From a virus (taxonomy: Duplodnaviria > Caudoviricetes), in the IMG/VR virus record IMGVR_UViG_3300046778_000044, positions 1-60,177 of that record: 60,177 nucleotides of DNA. The stretch is one strand, 5' to 3'. Shown here one piece after another: positions 47,857 through 57,525 of the stretch; position 1 is the stretch's first letter; each line of letters begins with the position of its first letter. The notes beneath the pieces are model-generated. The model was not told the origin of the DNA. It did no database searches and worked only from the letters and a program-made list of their open reading frames with translations. Both the position numbers and the translations under genes were made by a program.

Positions 47857-48705
47857 TTATACCGTAAAAGGGTATTTAATCGGATCATGGTGTTGATAAC
47901 CAACAACTTCAAAATCTTCAAGTGTTACCCATGTTTCTAAGTCTTCAAGAGAACGAATGTTAGGATTAATTAACAAACGAGGAGCAGGTAAAGGTTTACG
48001 TTCCAGTTCTTGTTTTAACAACTCTAATTGATCTTCGTAGACATGAATATTAACCATGTTATGACGGGCAATACCGGGCTTTAAGCCAGTAATCTGAGCC
48101 ATTAGTGCAAGTAGAACGTAACATTGAGGTTGGTTAAACCGTAAGCCTAAACAATAGTCAACGCTGCGTTGGGTACTAGTAAGATGTAAGGTATCACCCA
48201 ATATACTGAACTGATGTTCATACATACAAGGACGTAAGCAACCTTGATCAAACTCACCGGGATTCCAAAATGATAGAATTTCTCCACGATCATCAATACC
48301 TTTAGATAAGTTGTTAACGATCTTAGCCAGTTGGTCTAATGATGCACCATCTGGGGTCTGCCAATCGCGTCCTTGAACTCCATAAATACGACCAAGATCA
48401 TCAGTACCTTTACGGTTAGGATTAGCTAGCCAAGCTTTATTATCATTGGCATTAGCATCCCATGTCTTTGTTCCTATAGCTCGGAAATCTGCTGCACTAG
48501 AATAACCACGAATATACGCTAATAATTCAGCAACAGCCGCTTTCCAGCCTACAACACGAGTTGTACCAAGAGGAAACTGGCCAGCACCTACATTGTATTC
48601 CAAGGTATGGTTGATTACTGTTAGGCACCGCACACCAGTACGTTTATTTTCAATCCAGACACCTTCATTAATAATTCGGTGTCCTAAGTCAAGATAGCTT
48701 TGCAT
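47857..48705 (-). CDS. thyA: Thymidylate synthase
   Basis: [37 protein letters not shown]. Confidence 0.95.
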   Translation of the reverse strand: MQSYLDLGHRIINEGVWIENKRTGVRCLTVINHTLEYNVGAGQFPLGTTRVVGWKAAVAELLAYIRGYSSAADFRAIGTKTWDANANDNKAWLANPNRKGTDDLGRIYGVQGRDWQTPDGASLDQLAKIVNNLSKGIDDRGEILSFWNPGEFDQGCLRPCMYEHQFSILGDTLHLTSTQRSVDYCLGLRFNQPQCYVLLALMAQITGLKPGIARHNMVNIHVYEDQLELLKQELERKPLPAPRLLINPNIRSLEDLETWVTLEDFEVVGYQHHDPIKYPFTV

Positions 48706-48707
48706 AA

Positions 48708-49013
48708 TTAATTTATATTCTCCGCAAAAGTGTTAGTAACTAAAACTTGCCCGTTATGACGACGATGTGCTGTAATTGCAGTAAGGTTATTTCTAGTTAA
48801 TACTTTTTGTACTTCATTTAATAGCCAGTGTGTATCATGTATTTTACATGTATCAGGATCATCTACAAGTACAGGTTTACCGAAATTTTCATAAGATAAT
48901 GCAATAGCGTAGAAAATTGCTTTTGTAGTTTTACCTACACAACGATTTGCAGCAAATTGTAAAGGTTCACCTCTTTCAAGTAGCTGTTTTACTACATCAC
49001 GATTTAATTTCAT
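48708..49013 (-). CDS. Small hypothetical protein with a P-loop-like motif
   Basis: ANRCVGKTT; only 101 aa. Confidence 0.55.
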   Translation of the reverse strand: MKLNRDVVKQLLERGEPLQFAANRCVGKTTKAIFYAIALSYENFGKPVLVDDPDTCKIHDTHWLLNEVQKVLTRNNLTAITAHRRHNGQVLVTNTFAENIN

Positions 49014-49341
49014 TTTTGTTTCCTTGAATAGTGACAGCGCTTTTTACTACATCTGTATGTCCTTTAGATACAGTAAGCATAAAACCTAACGCTCGTAATC
49101 TTGATAAAGTCGTACGAGTTGGGTACTTTTTTAACGTGGCATGATCTATACGCAATTCGTGTGGTTGGTGTGGATCTTGGTAGGCAATACGATTGCCGTG
49201 GAGGTAAATGCTCACATAAGTACCTACGTGAAATTGGTGATGTGGATCGTTTTCTTTTGTAACAGTCACAGTTGTATTATTTAATTGCCACGGTACTCGT
49301 TGCGTTACAGCGTTGCACATTAAACTTTCAATTTTTCTCAT
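48997..49341 (-). CDS. Hypothetical protein
   Basis: AAGGT RBS; MRKIE..M..A...V.LHGN.IA...TT.SRL.AL pattern common in phage hypotheticals. Confidence 0.65.
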   Translation of the reverse strand: MRKIESLMCNAVTQRVPWQLNNTTVTVTKENDPHHQFHVGTYVSIYLHGNRIAYQDPHQPHELRIDHATLKKYPTRTTLSRLRALGFMLTVSKGHTDVVKSAVTIQGNKNEIKS

Positions 49342-49377
49342 GTTGTTTTACCTTTAAATAATGCACCTCAACTACTT

Positions 49378-49665
49378 TCATACGCGTGCATATCCATCTT
49401 CAAATGGTGCTTTAGGAGAATAACTTTTATAGCCATCTTTATAAACTAAATAATAGCCAGTTACTGCTGGATTATGTCTATTCATGTAAACTGCTGATAC
49501 TTCAATAGGAGCATATGGTTCTTCAACATGTAAGATAGCTCCATAAGAAGCAGCTCCAGATCTACTAGTTACATCTGGATTTGGTTTACGGTGAATTGCA
49601 GTAATCTGTAATGCCCATACTTTTTTATGGCATTGATACTGAGGCATTTGTTGTTGTACAGTCAC
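49378..49665 (-). CDS. Conserved small phage protein with a GYYxxYxDGYxSYSPKxxFExGY motif
   Basis: AAGGAG RBS, GTG start; motif visible in the translation. Confidence 0.7.
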   Translation of the reverse strand: MTVQQQMPQYQCHKKVWALQITAIHRKPNPDVTSRSGAASYGAILHVEEPYAPIEVSAVYMNRHNPAVTGYYLVYKDGYKSYSPKAPFEDGYARV

Positions 49666-49689
49666 AAATTGCTCCTTAATAAATTTGAA

Positions 49690-49746
49690 GCAGGTAAGGT
49701 AGGAGGTTCAGACTAGACTCCTTACCTGCAGTGTCCTGTCTAGTCC
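49690..49746 (-). ncRNA. Predicted H-type pseudoknot RNA element (cis-regulatory)
   Basis: Two perfect interleaved helices, GACUAGAC/GUCUAGUC and GCAGGUAAGG/CCUUACCUGC. Confidence 0.65.
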
Positions 49747-50519
49747 TAGTTTCTCAGGTATGCTTTGCCTTTCAATTCTTCAGGCTGATTTACTTCACGT
49801 AAGATTTTATATTCACAAGCTCTACCTTTCATATTATTGTAATCAGTAGGAATACTAACTACGTCAGAAGGTGAAATTGACAACAGTACTGTTTTACGTC
49901 CAGAAGCATAATGCTTCAAATAACCCCATGCTGCAAAGTGTAAACCGCGTGAACATGTTTTATTAGGATTATGTTCTACATCTTGACGACGTTCACGAAC
50001 AATTGTACCGGGGTCATTTTTAGTTTTGTGATCGTATGGAGAGGTAAAATCTTCATTAACATTTTTATACGCTAAGAAATTACCGTCTTCATCGAGTGTC
50101 ATACCACAAGCTGCGATAAAACCCCACAATTCAGAAGCTACTTCTTTACGTGGATTTTCAGACAGTTTTTTGAGGAATAAAGCAAATGGGCGAAGGTTAC
50201 CGCTAGCTTTATGTACTTCATTAATTGTCTGAGCTAAATCAGTTGGAACATCGTATACTGAACCGTCGATTACAGCAGTTAATACACCTTCAGGAGAAAG
50301 GTCTAATTGAACTTCTGAATCTTGAGGTAATAAACGTTGAACACGTTTAATTGGACGAATATATTCCCACATTTGGTTTAATTCAGCTTCTGATGCTCTA
50401 TCTGCAAGAACAGTTGCATAAATCTCATTGAAATGGGGGTGACTCACAGCTACTTGAGCTGGTTGACCGTCTGCTTGAGTAATAATCAGGCAGTTACTGG
50501 TCTTGATATGGGGTAGCAT
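49746..50519 (-). CDS. rIIB: rIIB-like protein
   Basis: F..KL.ENP...EL..F....DG.FLAYK.V...R..V......TCS.GLH.....Y...P.DVVSIP.DYN..KGR.C.Y. Confidence 0.9.
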   Translation of the reverse strand: MLPHIKTSNCLIITQADGQPAQVAVSHPHFNEIYATVLADRASEAELNQMWEYIRPIKRVQRLLPQDSEVQLDLSPEGVLTAVIDGSVYDVPTDLAQTINEVHKASGNLRPFALFLKKLSENPRKEVASELWGFIAACGMTLDEDGNFLAYKNVNEDFTSPYDHKTKNDPGTIVRERRQDVEHNPNKTCSRGLHFAAWGYLKHYASGRKTVLLSISPSDVVSIPTDYNNMKGRACEYKILREVNQPEELKGKAYLRN

Positions 50520-50528
50520 AAAAGCTCC

Positions 50529-52874
50529 TTAAAATTGTATTTTAGTTTGTGAATATTCTGCTATTACTTGTTTAACCACAACCAAGTCATTAGCATCCAT
50601 GACATCTGATAATTTATTTACATCTGATAAACCTATAAAGCCACACCATTTACAGCGTAATAGCAAATTAGCTTTTGCTGATTTTGATAGAAACGAAGTA
50701 AAATTACTACGATTATGACAGTATTCCTCTTTATGTACTATTACTGCTTTTGGGTACATCTTTTTAAACGTAGCACTATCAAGTATAGATTTTGCTATTA
50801 ACTGTTCATTAATATCTTTGATATCAGGTAAAACAGACAAGTATTTAGTTAGGTGCGTCATAACGTCATACGTATCAGTTTCGTATTTTACAAATGAAGT
50901 TGGGTATTTAACAACCGCTTCATCATAAATTTTAGCAACGTATTTCCGGTTTTTATATTCATTTTCAGTGATATAAATAACATTAATTTTTTTAAGCTCT
51001 AAAATCGCCGCAGCTCCATTACTAATTACATAATCCATTTTATTAGAATTTGTAAGTTGTAGTAGAATTGTTGGATTAGAGGATAATAACGCATCAATCT
51101 CACTTTCATGTATGGGTACATAATCACGTGAAGCTGCAACATAACGTTTACCTATAATACGGTCAACTTTTACAGCAAGTGTACTAGACGGTACAACAGC
51201 AGCACGTGCAGTTTTAGGAATGGTTTTCAATACAGTTTTAATTTCGTCTTCGTAAACAAAATTAAATTTAATTCCTAATACAGTTGCTGTTTTTGTCAAA
51301 GTAGCAGTATCCACATCAGGAGTATCTGTAAATACACAGCTTGGATTAGACCAAGATGTAGTTGCATGGTTTAAACAACGTGATACACGAGGTTTCATTT
51401 TATGTGGAACAACAATAATAGTTTGTTGATCAGTAAAACTTTGAGCTATACGATAAGTACGACTTGTACGATGCATAACTTCTAAATTGCGAATAACTAA
51501 ACGAGAAACGTAAGAGTTAGTATCAACTTCTCGTGCAATAGTTGAAAGTATACCAGCTAAAGTAAATACACTATTGTCCCTTTCTCTACCATCTATACCT
51601 TTTGAACAAACACGTGTTACACCTACGTTTATAGATGGTACTAAAATTTCTACAAGACCATCTGGCATATCAGAAGATTTAGTAAAATTAGGTACGCTTT
51701 GAGTAGATTGAGCATACACTGCCGCTATGTTGGCTGCTGAGTGTTCCCAGCCCGCAGGTAAGATCTCAGCAAGAAGGGCACTCTGGTTTTTAAACGTAAT
51801 AATGTGGTCTTCTTGTATTCTACCAACTAAATCAGATACTTTAGTGCCATATTTTAACGCTAACTTATGACTTTTAATTAAAGAATCAAGTGCATCTTCT
51901 TCAGTATAACGATAAGAATCAGCAATTACTTTAATTCTATCAATAATACGTTGTTCATTTTCTTTTGTATCTTCAATACGTTCACGACTTGGTGATAATT
52001 CCAATTCACCTACACCAAAATTAGGTAGTAGTACTACACGCGTTGAGTCAGTAGATAGTGTACCTGTAGTATGGTAAATCGAAGATAAAAATTGAAAATC
52101 TTTATTATTGTTTAATCTTTCTAACATGTTAACAGGAATTTTATAAATAAATGGACCTGTAGTTACTTGGTTAAACAAACTTTGATTGTTGTTATAAGAA
52201 CTGACTTCAATCTCATAATGAGTGGATTTTTTACTAAGTACTTTGTATTTAATAGGAACTACACTACCGACATTTTTAATATCAGGTGGAGTTGACCACA
52301 ATGAAAACAAATTGCCAGTAGCTTTTACTGCTAACATTCTTTGCATTTGTTTATCAGCAACCGGTACAACTACTTTAGTTCCTGATGGATTACCAGTTTG
52401 TTCAGAACTGATAATTGTATAATTTGGACCATCTTCGTCAATAAAATTAACAAAAATGGTAGTAATACCGTCTTTCGTACTTTCTACTGTAAAGGATTGA
52501 GCAATTGCAAAAGGTGATTTAGCTCCATAGCCAAATCCGCCAATTTCTGTATTGCTGTCACGTTTAGTAGACTTACCGTAAGTAGTATAATTGTTTTTAA
52601 TGTCTTCCAATGACATACCGATACCTTGATCGACAATAGTCAATTCAGGTACTAATTCTGTGGGAAGGTGAATAACTACAGGTGTGTCTTTCTTTCCTGC
52701 TGCTGTGTGACCATCATCTCCGTTGGAAGCGAGTTCACGTAATACCGCAAGTTCTTTATCTTCATACAATGAAGAATAGAACACTTTAAATACTTCTGGT
52801 GTCATAACCAGAGAATATCTTTGAACGCCCAAACCACTATTATTAATAGCTGTTGCGTTTTTTTCCGTAATCAT
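50529..52874 (-). CDS. rIIA: rIIA-like protein with an N-terminal GHKL ATPase
   Basis: LY.DK..AVLREL.SN..D, D.GIGMS, YGKSTK..SN..IGGFG.G.KSPFA, L..SRE; adjacent to rIIB. Confidence 0.9.
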   Translation of the reverse strand: MITEKNATAINNSGLGVQRYSLVMTPEVFKVFYSSLYEDKELAVLRELASNGDDGHTAAGKKDTPVVIHLPTELVPELTIVDQGIGMSLEDIKNNYTTYGKSTKRDSNTEIGGFGYGAKSPFAIAQSFTVESTKDGITTIFVNFIDEDGPNYTIISSEQTGNPSGTKVVVPVADKQMQRMLAVKATGNLFSLWSTPPDIKNVGSVVPIKYKVLSKKSTHYEIEVSSYNNNQSLFNQVTTGPFIYKIPVNMLERLNNNKDFQFLSSIYHTTGTLSTDSTRVVLLPNFGVGELELSPSRERIEDTKENEQRIIDRIKVIADSYRYTEEDALDSLIKSHKLALKYGTKVSDLVGRIQEDHIITFKNQSALLAEILPAGWEHSAANIAAVYAQSTQSVPNFTKSSDMPDGLVEILVPSINVGVTRVCSKGIDGRERDNSVFTLAGILSTIAREVDTNSYVSRLVIRNLEVMHRTSRTYRIAQSFTDQQTIIVVPHKMKPRVSRCLNHATTSWSNPSCVFTDTPDVDTATLTKTATVLGIKFNFVYEDEIKTVLKTIPKTARAAVVPSSTLAVKVDRIIGKRYVAASRDYVPIHESEIDALLSSNPTILLQLTNSNKMDYVISNGAAAILELKKINVIYITENEYKNRKYVAKIYDEAVVKYPTSFVKYETDTYDVMTHLTKYLSVLPDIKDINEQLIAKSILDSATFKKMYPKAVIVHKEEYCHNRSNFTSFLSKSAKANLLLRCKWCGFIGLSDVNKLSDVMDANDLVVVKQVIAEYSQTKIQF

Positions 52875-52897
52875 ACACCCTCCTACAGGCTTAATAC

Positions 52898-53989
52898 TTA
52901 CTCGTAAAACGCTACTGTACGTTCTACTTTTTTAACTTGTTTAATGTCATCAAGATCAATATTTTCATAACCACTATGTGAATAGTAGTTATAATCTAAA
53001 CGGAAAAATTCGCCTTTATAATGCCATACTGTATGAGCGTATTCACCGTCGGACTCGCCGCCTTCATGTTCAACATGACGAACACCTTCAGGTAAACTAT
53101 CGTATCCTTCACGGACTATATAGTAATCACTTTCACCTATTTCTTCTTTATACTTTTTAAGTAAATCAATAAATTCTTGTTGTAAATCAGACATTGTGTC
53201 TTCTCCATACGTTGTATTAATTAAAATGTTATTCAGCAATTTGTGATCTACTTGTATAAGATGTACAAGATTTTTGACTACAAATGCACTAAAATACCCT
53301 TTCATTAAGGTTGTAATAACCTTTTTTAAAGCAAACTGCCAAGCGTGAACTTTACATCTTACTTTTGATGTCGGATGCACTAACCAACGCTCACAAGCAA
53401 TGACCGCTATTTCTTCTTTGATCATTTGAATTTGGTCAGCAAAATCCATAGAATCAAATAAAAATCTCGATATTAGAACTTGTTCACCATCTGATAAACA
53501 TTTGGTGTATATTGGTGAGTTATTACCTGCAGCCCAATTATGTAATTGGTCATGTTCGTAAGGGAAATCACTACCAGAGAAAAATTCTTCAGCAGTCATT
53601 TTTAACGATACTTCAATCTTCCTGCCTTTTTCTTGATCCCAATAAGTTTTTAGAGATTGAAATAAATCAGGAATGATTTTAGCTCCATTCGACATTAACC
53701 ATAGAATATCTAACTTAGTTTTATCCCAAGCTGTATCAAGATGAAAATGTGAACATTTGATGGTAAGAAGAGAGTCTAAAGTAGCTACTTTCCAACTTTC
53801 ATTTCTTTGTAACTCTACATTATAATGATGGTAATAAAAATAAGTAACTTCATGTAATAATTCATGAGGTATAGGTATACAATCATAACCTTCAACTTTA
53901 GTGCCGATAGGAACTAATACATCAAAATCTGCTGGTTCTTGTCTTGGTATTTTATGTAGCTTTAAAGCCGTACTTCCGACAATAATCAT
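52898..53989 (-). CDS. Nucleotidyltransferase-like phage protein fused to an acidic C-terminal domain
   Basis: IIVGSTAL...DFDV, IKCSH, YEHD.LH, EE..V...ER; internal RBS plus ATG at 53194. Confidence 0.55.
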   Translation of the reverse strand: MIIVGSTALKLHKIPRQEPADFDVLVPIGTKVEGYDCIPIPHELLHEVTYFYYHHYNVELQRNESWKVATLDSLLTIKCSHFHLDTAWDKTKLDILWLMSNGAKIIPDLFQSLKTYWDQEKGRKIEVSLKMTAEEFFSGSDFPYEHDQLHNWAAGNNSPIYTKCLSDGEQVLISRFLFDSMDFADQIQMIKEEIAVIACERWLVHPTSKVRCKVHAWQFALKKVITTLMKGYFSAFVVKNLVHLIQVDHKLLNNILINTTYGEDTMSDLQQEFIDLLKKYKEEIGESDYYIVREGYDSLPEGVRHVEHEGGESDGEYAHTVWHYKGEFFRLDYNYYSHSGYENIDLDDIKQVKKVERTVAFYE

Positions 53990-53991
53990 GA

Positions 53992-54330
53992 TTATTCATC
54001 TTCATCAAAATCGTCTGCATCGTCATATGCATCACTAAATGCACCGGTACCAGTACCCCACGTAATTGCACCTGTATAACTTTTACTGAATACTTTTGCA
54101 AACACTTCGTATTCTTCATCAGTAATTTCAGTAAAGGTGTAATTATCGATACTTAGATCGCCTTTTTCAAAACCTTCATTAGTACCAAAGTAGTATCCAC
54201 CACCTGAAGCTAAACGTTTTTGAATACGATCAGATTGTTCTTGAACAGTGGTCTTTTCGTAAACTGCAAAACATTCTACGTCAAATTCATCTGCCCAATC
54301 CGCAGAAAATTTAATTACTACTGCTGTCAT
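53992..54330 (-). CDS. Acidic hypothetical protein
   Basis: GGAG RBS; KF..DWADEFDV..F...YFGTNE. Confidence 0.65.
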   Translation of the reverse strand: MTAVVIKFSADWADEFDVECFAVYEKTTVQEQSDRIQKRLASGGGYYFGTNEGFEKGDLSIDNYTFTEITDEEYEVFAKVFSKSYTGAITWGTGTGAFSDAYDDADDFDEDE

Positions 54331-54775
54331 ATTTTACTCCAAATACATTAAAAATTAATAAGTTCATGTACTCAAACAATTGAGGACATTTATTAGGCAT
54401 ATCTGATAAACCAGTACCTAAACCATGTTCGGGAAAATAAACGATTAAATCTGGGTTATTTTCCATTTTTGTAATAAGTCGACGTATTTCAGCTTCAATA
54501 ACTTTCATATGATAAGGGGAATTATCACGAAAAAAATCTAATGGTTGCATACCCGGACTACGTTTGGTAGCAATACCAAATGAGGCTAAACAAGCACGAA
54601 TACATGCTTGACCTCCATTTCCTCTTCGAAGTAAATTATCTCCAAAGACGAAACATTCTTTGTTGTGGTCTACCTGACGTATATTCCCGAAATCGTAGTA
54701 TCCTTTAAAAATTTTACATCGTGAATGAAGTTCAGTAAAATTAGAAGGATCATTAACATCTGCGAATCGCATCAT
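54311..54775 (-). CDS. Conserved phage hypothetical protein (possibly macrodomain-like)
   Basis: FVFGDNL.R.G.GGQA..R...GI.TK...P..GLGTGL. Confidence 0.6.
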   Translation of the reverse strand: MMRFADVNDPSNFTELHSRCKIFKGYYDFGNIRQVDHNKECFVFGDNLLRRGNGGQACIRACLASFGIATKRSPGMQPLDFFRDNSPYHMKVIEAEIRRLITKMENNPDLIVYFPEHGLGTGLSDMPNKCPQLFEYMNLLIFNVFGVKYDSSSN

Positions 54776-55289
54776 ACGTACCGTCCAAAATTTGTGTTAA
54801 AGAAATAGGGGTTTCGTTTAAAGCTTCGCAGGTTACTGAAAGATAATTAGGATCAAGTTCATTTGTGTAAGTATTTTTTATAGAAAATTGATGAACATGT
54901 CCATGAATATTCTTCTTGTTACGAAGCTCTAGTGGATGCAGTGGAGCATGTGTTAACCAGAAACCTTTATACTTTACAATACCTTCTACACTATCAAAGT
55001 GTGTCAACCATTGTTCTGTAGTGAATTTATCATCATGATTACCGCGTACTAGTGTTTTATTGCCAACTAACTCACCTAGGGCATCAAAACCTTCTTGACC
55101 AAAAGCTACATCACCTAAGATAAATACTTTATCTCGTTTGGTGACAACACTATTCCATTTAGTAATAATGTTGTGCATGTTTTCTTGCCAAGTGTCACCA
55201 CTTCTATAAACTGTACCTGTAGATTTTCCAAATTCAACAATTTTTTTATGCTGAAAATGCAAATCACTGATGAAAAATACTTCACTCAT
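54753..55289 (-). CDS. Calcineurin-like metallophosphoesterase
   Basis: SDLHF.H, LGD, GNHD, LTH.P, HGHVH. Confidence 0.9.
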   Translation of the reverse strand: MSEVFFISDLHFQHKKIVEFGKSTGTVYRSGDTWQENMHNIITKWNSVVTKRDKVFILGDVAFGQEGFDALGELVGNKTLVRGNHDDKFTTEQWLTHFDSVEGIVKYKGFWLTHAPLHPLELRNKKNIHGHVHQFSIKNTYTNELDPNYLSVTCEALNETPISLTQILDGTYDAIRRC

Positions 55290-55300
55290 AGAAATCCTAT

Positions 55301-55462
55301 TTACTTTTTACCGCCACTACGTGACAAATCACGTTTGGTTTTACCCGGACGAGCAACACCGCACGCATCAATACAATTACGATGTGTAGTGGGTTGGTTG
55401 CCCAATTGGCTACGTTGTGTAGCTGACATATAGCTTTTTAAATTAGTATCTACTCTTGACAT
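55301..55462 (-). CDS. 53-aa basic protein absent from the ORF track
   Basis: AGGAG-6 nt-ATG; MSRVDTNLKSYMSATQRSQLGNQPTTHRNCIDACGVARPGKTKRDLSRSGGKK*; fills the gap between nrdB and the phosphoesterase. Confidence 0.7.
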   Translation of the reverse strand: MSRVDTNLKSYMSATQRSQLGNQPTTHRNCIDACGVARPGKTKRDLSRSGGKK

Positions 55463-55475
55463 GTTTATCTCCTAA

Positions 55476-56642
55476 TTAATCAAGTAAATTATTCATACTG
55501 TTAACACGATCTGATGAAGAACCACGATCTACCACTTCCATTAAAAGGTAGTTATTACCTTTCTCATCTTGTGGTGATACTTGTCTTCCATCGATGTCTA
55601 ACCATTTATCCATACTACTTACTGGATTTTTTTCAACTAGTTCATGATTACTATCTAAATCAAGAAACTTAGCTACTGGATGTGCACAATGTTTGGTGTA
55701 CAGTTGAGTAACAATTAAATTACCACCGGGTAATTCTTTACCATCTGCAAAGATGTGTTTCTCTAACCATTCCAATTCTGAGTCTAATACAAGATTAAAC
55801 ATCCATTGAGCAACAGGTTTAATGCTTCTCCACGCTAACTGACCACGTTCTGTTTGTAGTTCGTTAGCAATTACACGAAAGCGATGAGGTACATGAAAAT
55901 TTAGTTCATCTACTGCAATTTTTTGAACTGCACTAGAAATAGGTTGAAAGTTTCCATCCCCAGTTAAAAGGTGTGTCATTAAAAATGAAGGATTAAATTG
56001 AATCTTTTCCAAGATCAACATAATTACTTCATAAAACAAACCATAAGTATAAGTATCCAAGTCGTTCTTACGAATACCTAAACGATATTCACAACCAACT
56101 TGAACAATCATATTCAATGCTTTGGTAATTGGAGCTAGACGTATTCTTACCGCTTCTGCAGTTAAGATCTCACGTTTAATAGCTTGAGGGTCTGAAAACG
56201 AAGCTGCGGCCATATCACCGTAAGTACGGGCATGAACAATTTCGTTATCAACGATACGAGTTTCGTATTCAAGGACACAAGGTTCAGTAATAAAATTACC
56301 AATAATGTTCAGCATACCTAAAGTAGCTGCTGTATCACCTTCCCATTGCCATGCGATAGTTTTCACCATCTTCTCATATTCGTGTTTTTCTACTGTAAAC
56401 CATTGAGGCTGACAGCGTTCAAATTCAAATTCCCACCATACCCAATCATTACGTTTGAATATTTTGAATTCATCTGCAATATGTTTATGGATAGCAGGAG
56501 TAGAGTCTAATAGACCCAATTCTGGTCCCAAAATAATAGATTTTGGTTCGGGAGCAGTTATATTATCAAATGCAAGAATAGACTTGGCATTTGGATCTTG
56601 TAACGCTCTGATAATATCAGAGAATTGTGGAGTTAATTTCAT
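55476..56642 (-). CDS. nrdB: Class I ribonucleotide reductase beta subunit
   Basis: W...E, EGD, EIVHARTY (radical Tyr), LEKIQF..SF, DELNFH metal ligands. Confidence 0.85.
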   Translation of the reverse strand: MKLTPQFSDIIRALQDPNAKSILAFDNITAPEPKSIILGPELGLLDSTPAIHKHIADEFKIFKRNDWVWWEFEFERCQPQWFTVEKHEYEKMVKTIAWQWEGDTAATLGMLNIIGNFITEPCVLEYETRIVDNEIVHARTYGDMAAASFSDPQAIKREILTAEAVRIRLAPITKALNMIVQVGCEYRLGIRKNDLDTYTYGLFYEVIMLILEKIQFNPSFLMTHLLTGDGNFQPISSAVQKIAVDELNFHVPHRFRVIANELQTERGQLAWRSIKPVAQWMFNLVLDSELEWLEKHIFADGKELPGGNLIVTQLYTKHCAHPVAKFLDLDSNHELVEKNPVSSMDKWLDIDGRQVSPQDEKGNNYLLMEVVDRGSSSDRVNSMNNLLD

Positions 56643-56657
56643 GTATTCAATATTCCT

Positions 56658-56712
56658 AAAAGAAAACCCCTACGTAAGTTACTGATGGCTACCAGTAACC
56701 AAGAGGTAAGGG
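56658..56712 (-). terminator. Terminator-like hairpin between phoH and nrdB
   Basis: CCCUUAC/GUAGGGG outer stem, GUUACUG/CAGUAAC inner stem, then UUUUCUUUU. Confidence 0.55.
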
Positions 56713-56731
56713 CCATATTACAAGTTTATAT

Positions 56732-57508
56732 TTAATCTTCTGGTTCGTAACGATCAATGATGTCACGGACTAATCCGCTACGTACAATGTCTTCACGTTC
56801 AAATTCATGAATATATACATCTGATAAATCATCTAATAAATTAATAGCATCTGATAAACCATTTTTACCGCGAATATCACTTTGATTAATATCCCCGTTA
56901 ATTACTACTTTACAACCTTCACCAATACGAGTTAAAAACATTTTCATCTGAGCAATGCTAGTATTCTGTGCTTCATCAAGAATCACAAAAGTCTTGTCAT
57001 TGAAAGTTTTACCTCGCATAAAAGCTAATGGAGCAGCTACAATACGACCATGTCTAAGACAGTAGTCTACTGTACCTGCACCTAAACGCTCATTAAGAAT
57101 GTCTCGGAATGCATCAATATACACAGAGAATTTTTCGTCTAAATCACCCGGTAGAAAACCTAAGCTTTCACCTGCTTCCACTGCTGGACGCGTAAGGATG
57201 ATTCGTTCGATAGTGCCTGCTTCAAGTGCTTCTGCAGCTAAACCTCCTGCACAATAGCTTTTACCTGTACCAGCAGGGCCGATACCAAAAGTTAGTGTGT
57301 GAGTTTTAATTGCATTAATATACTCTTGCTGAGCTTGTGTTTTAGCTCGTAATGGTTGATTACTACGAGTTGGAGAATACGCAGTTTCTAGTTGTTGCGA
57401 TCTTGTACTTTGTTGAGTATTACGTCCCTTTTTCTGTGAAGTTGAAGGAAAATAAGAATCATCACGATTGGGATTAGGATTACGTTTAAAACTATTACGT
57501 CTTGACAT
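56732..57508 (-). CDS. phoH: PhoH-family ATPase
   Basis: GPAGTGKS, TRPAVE, LGFLPG, FMRGKT, ILDEAQN, GD..QSD, DIVRS. Confidence 0.95.
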   Translation of the reverse strand: MSRRNSFKRNPNPNRDDSYFPSTSQKKGRNTQQSTRSQQLETAYSPTRSNQPLRAKTQAQQEYINAIKTHTLTFGIGPAGTGKSYCAGGLAAEALEAGTIERIILTRPAVEAGESLGFLPGDLDEKFSVYIDAFRDILNERLGAGTVDYCLRHGRIVAAPLAFMRGKTFNDKTFVILDEAQNTSIAQMKMFLTRIGEGCKVVINGDINQSDIRGKNGLSDAINLLDDLSDVYIHEFEREDIVRSGLVRDIIDRYEPED

Positions 57509-57525
57509 GTATAACCTCTCAAATT

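Noticed and set aside
49740-49770. Stop-codon readthrough or frameshift of rIIB stimulated by the pseudoknot
   Set aside because: A second in-frame UAG follows one codon later, there is no spacer before stem 1, and no slippery heptamer is visible
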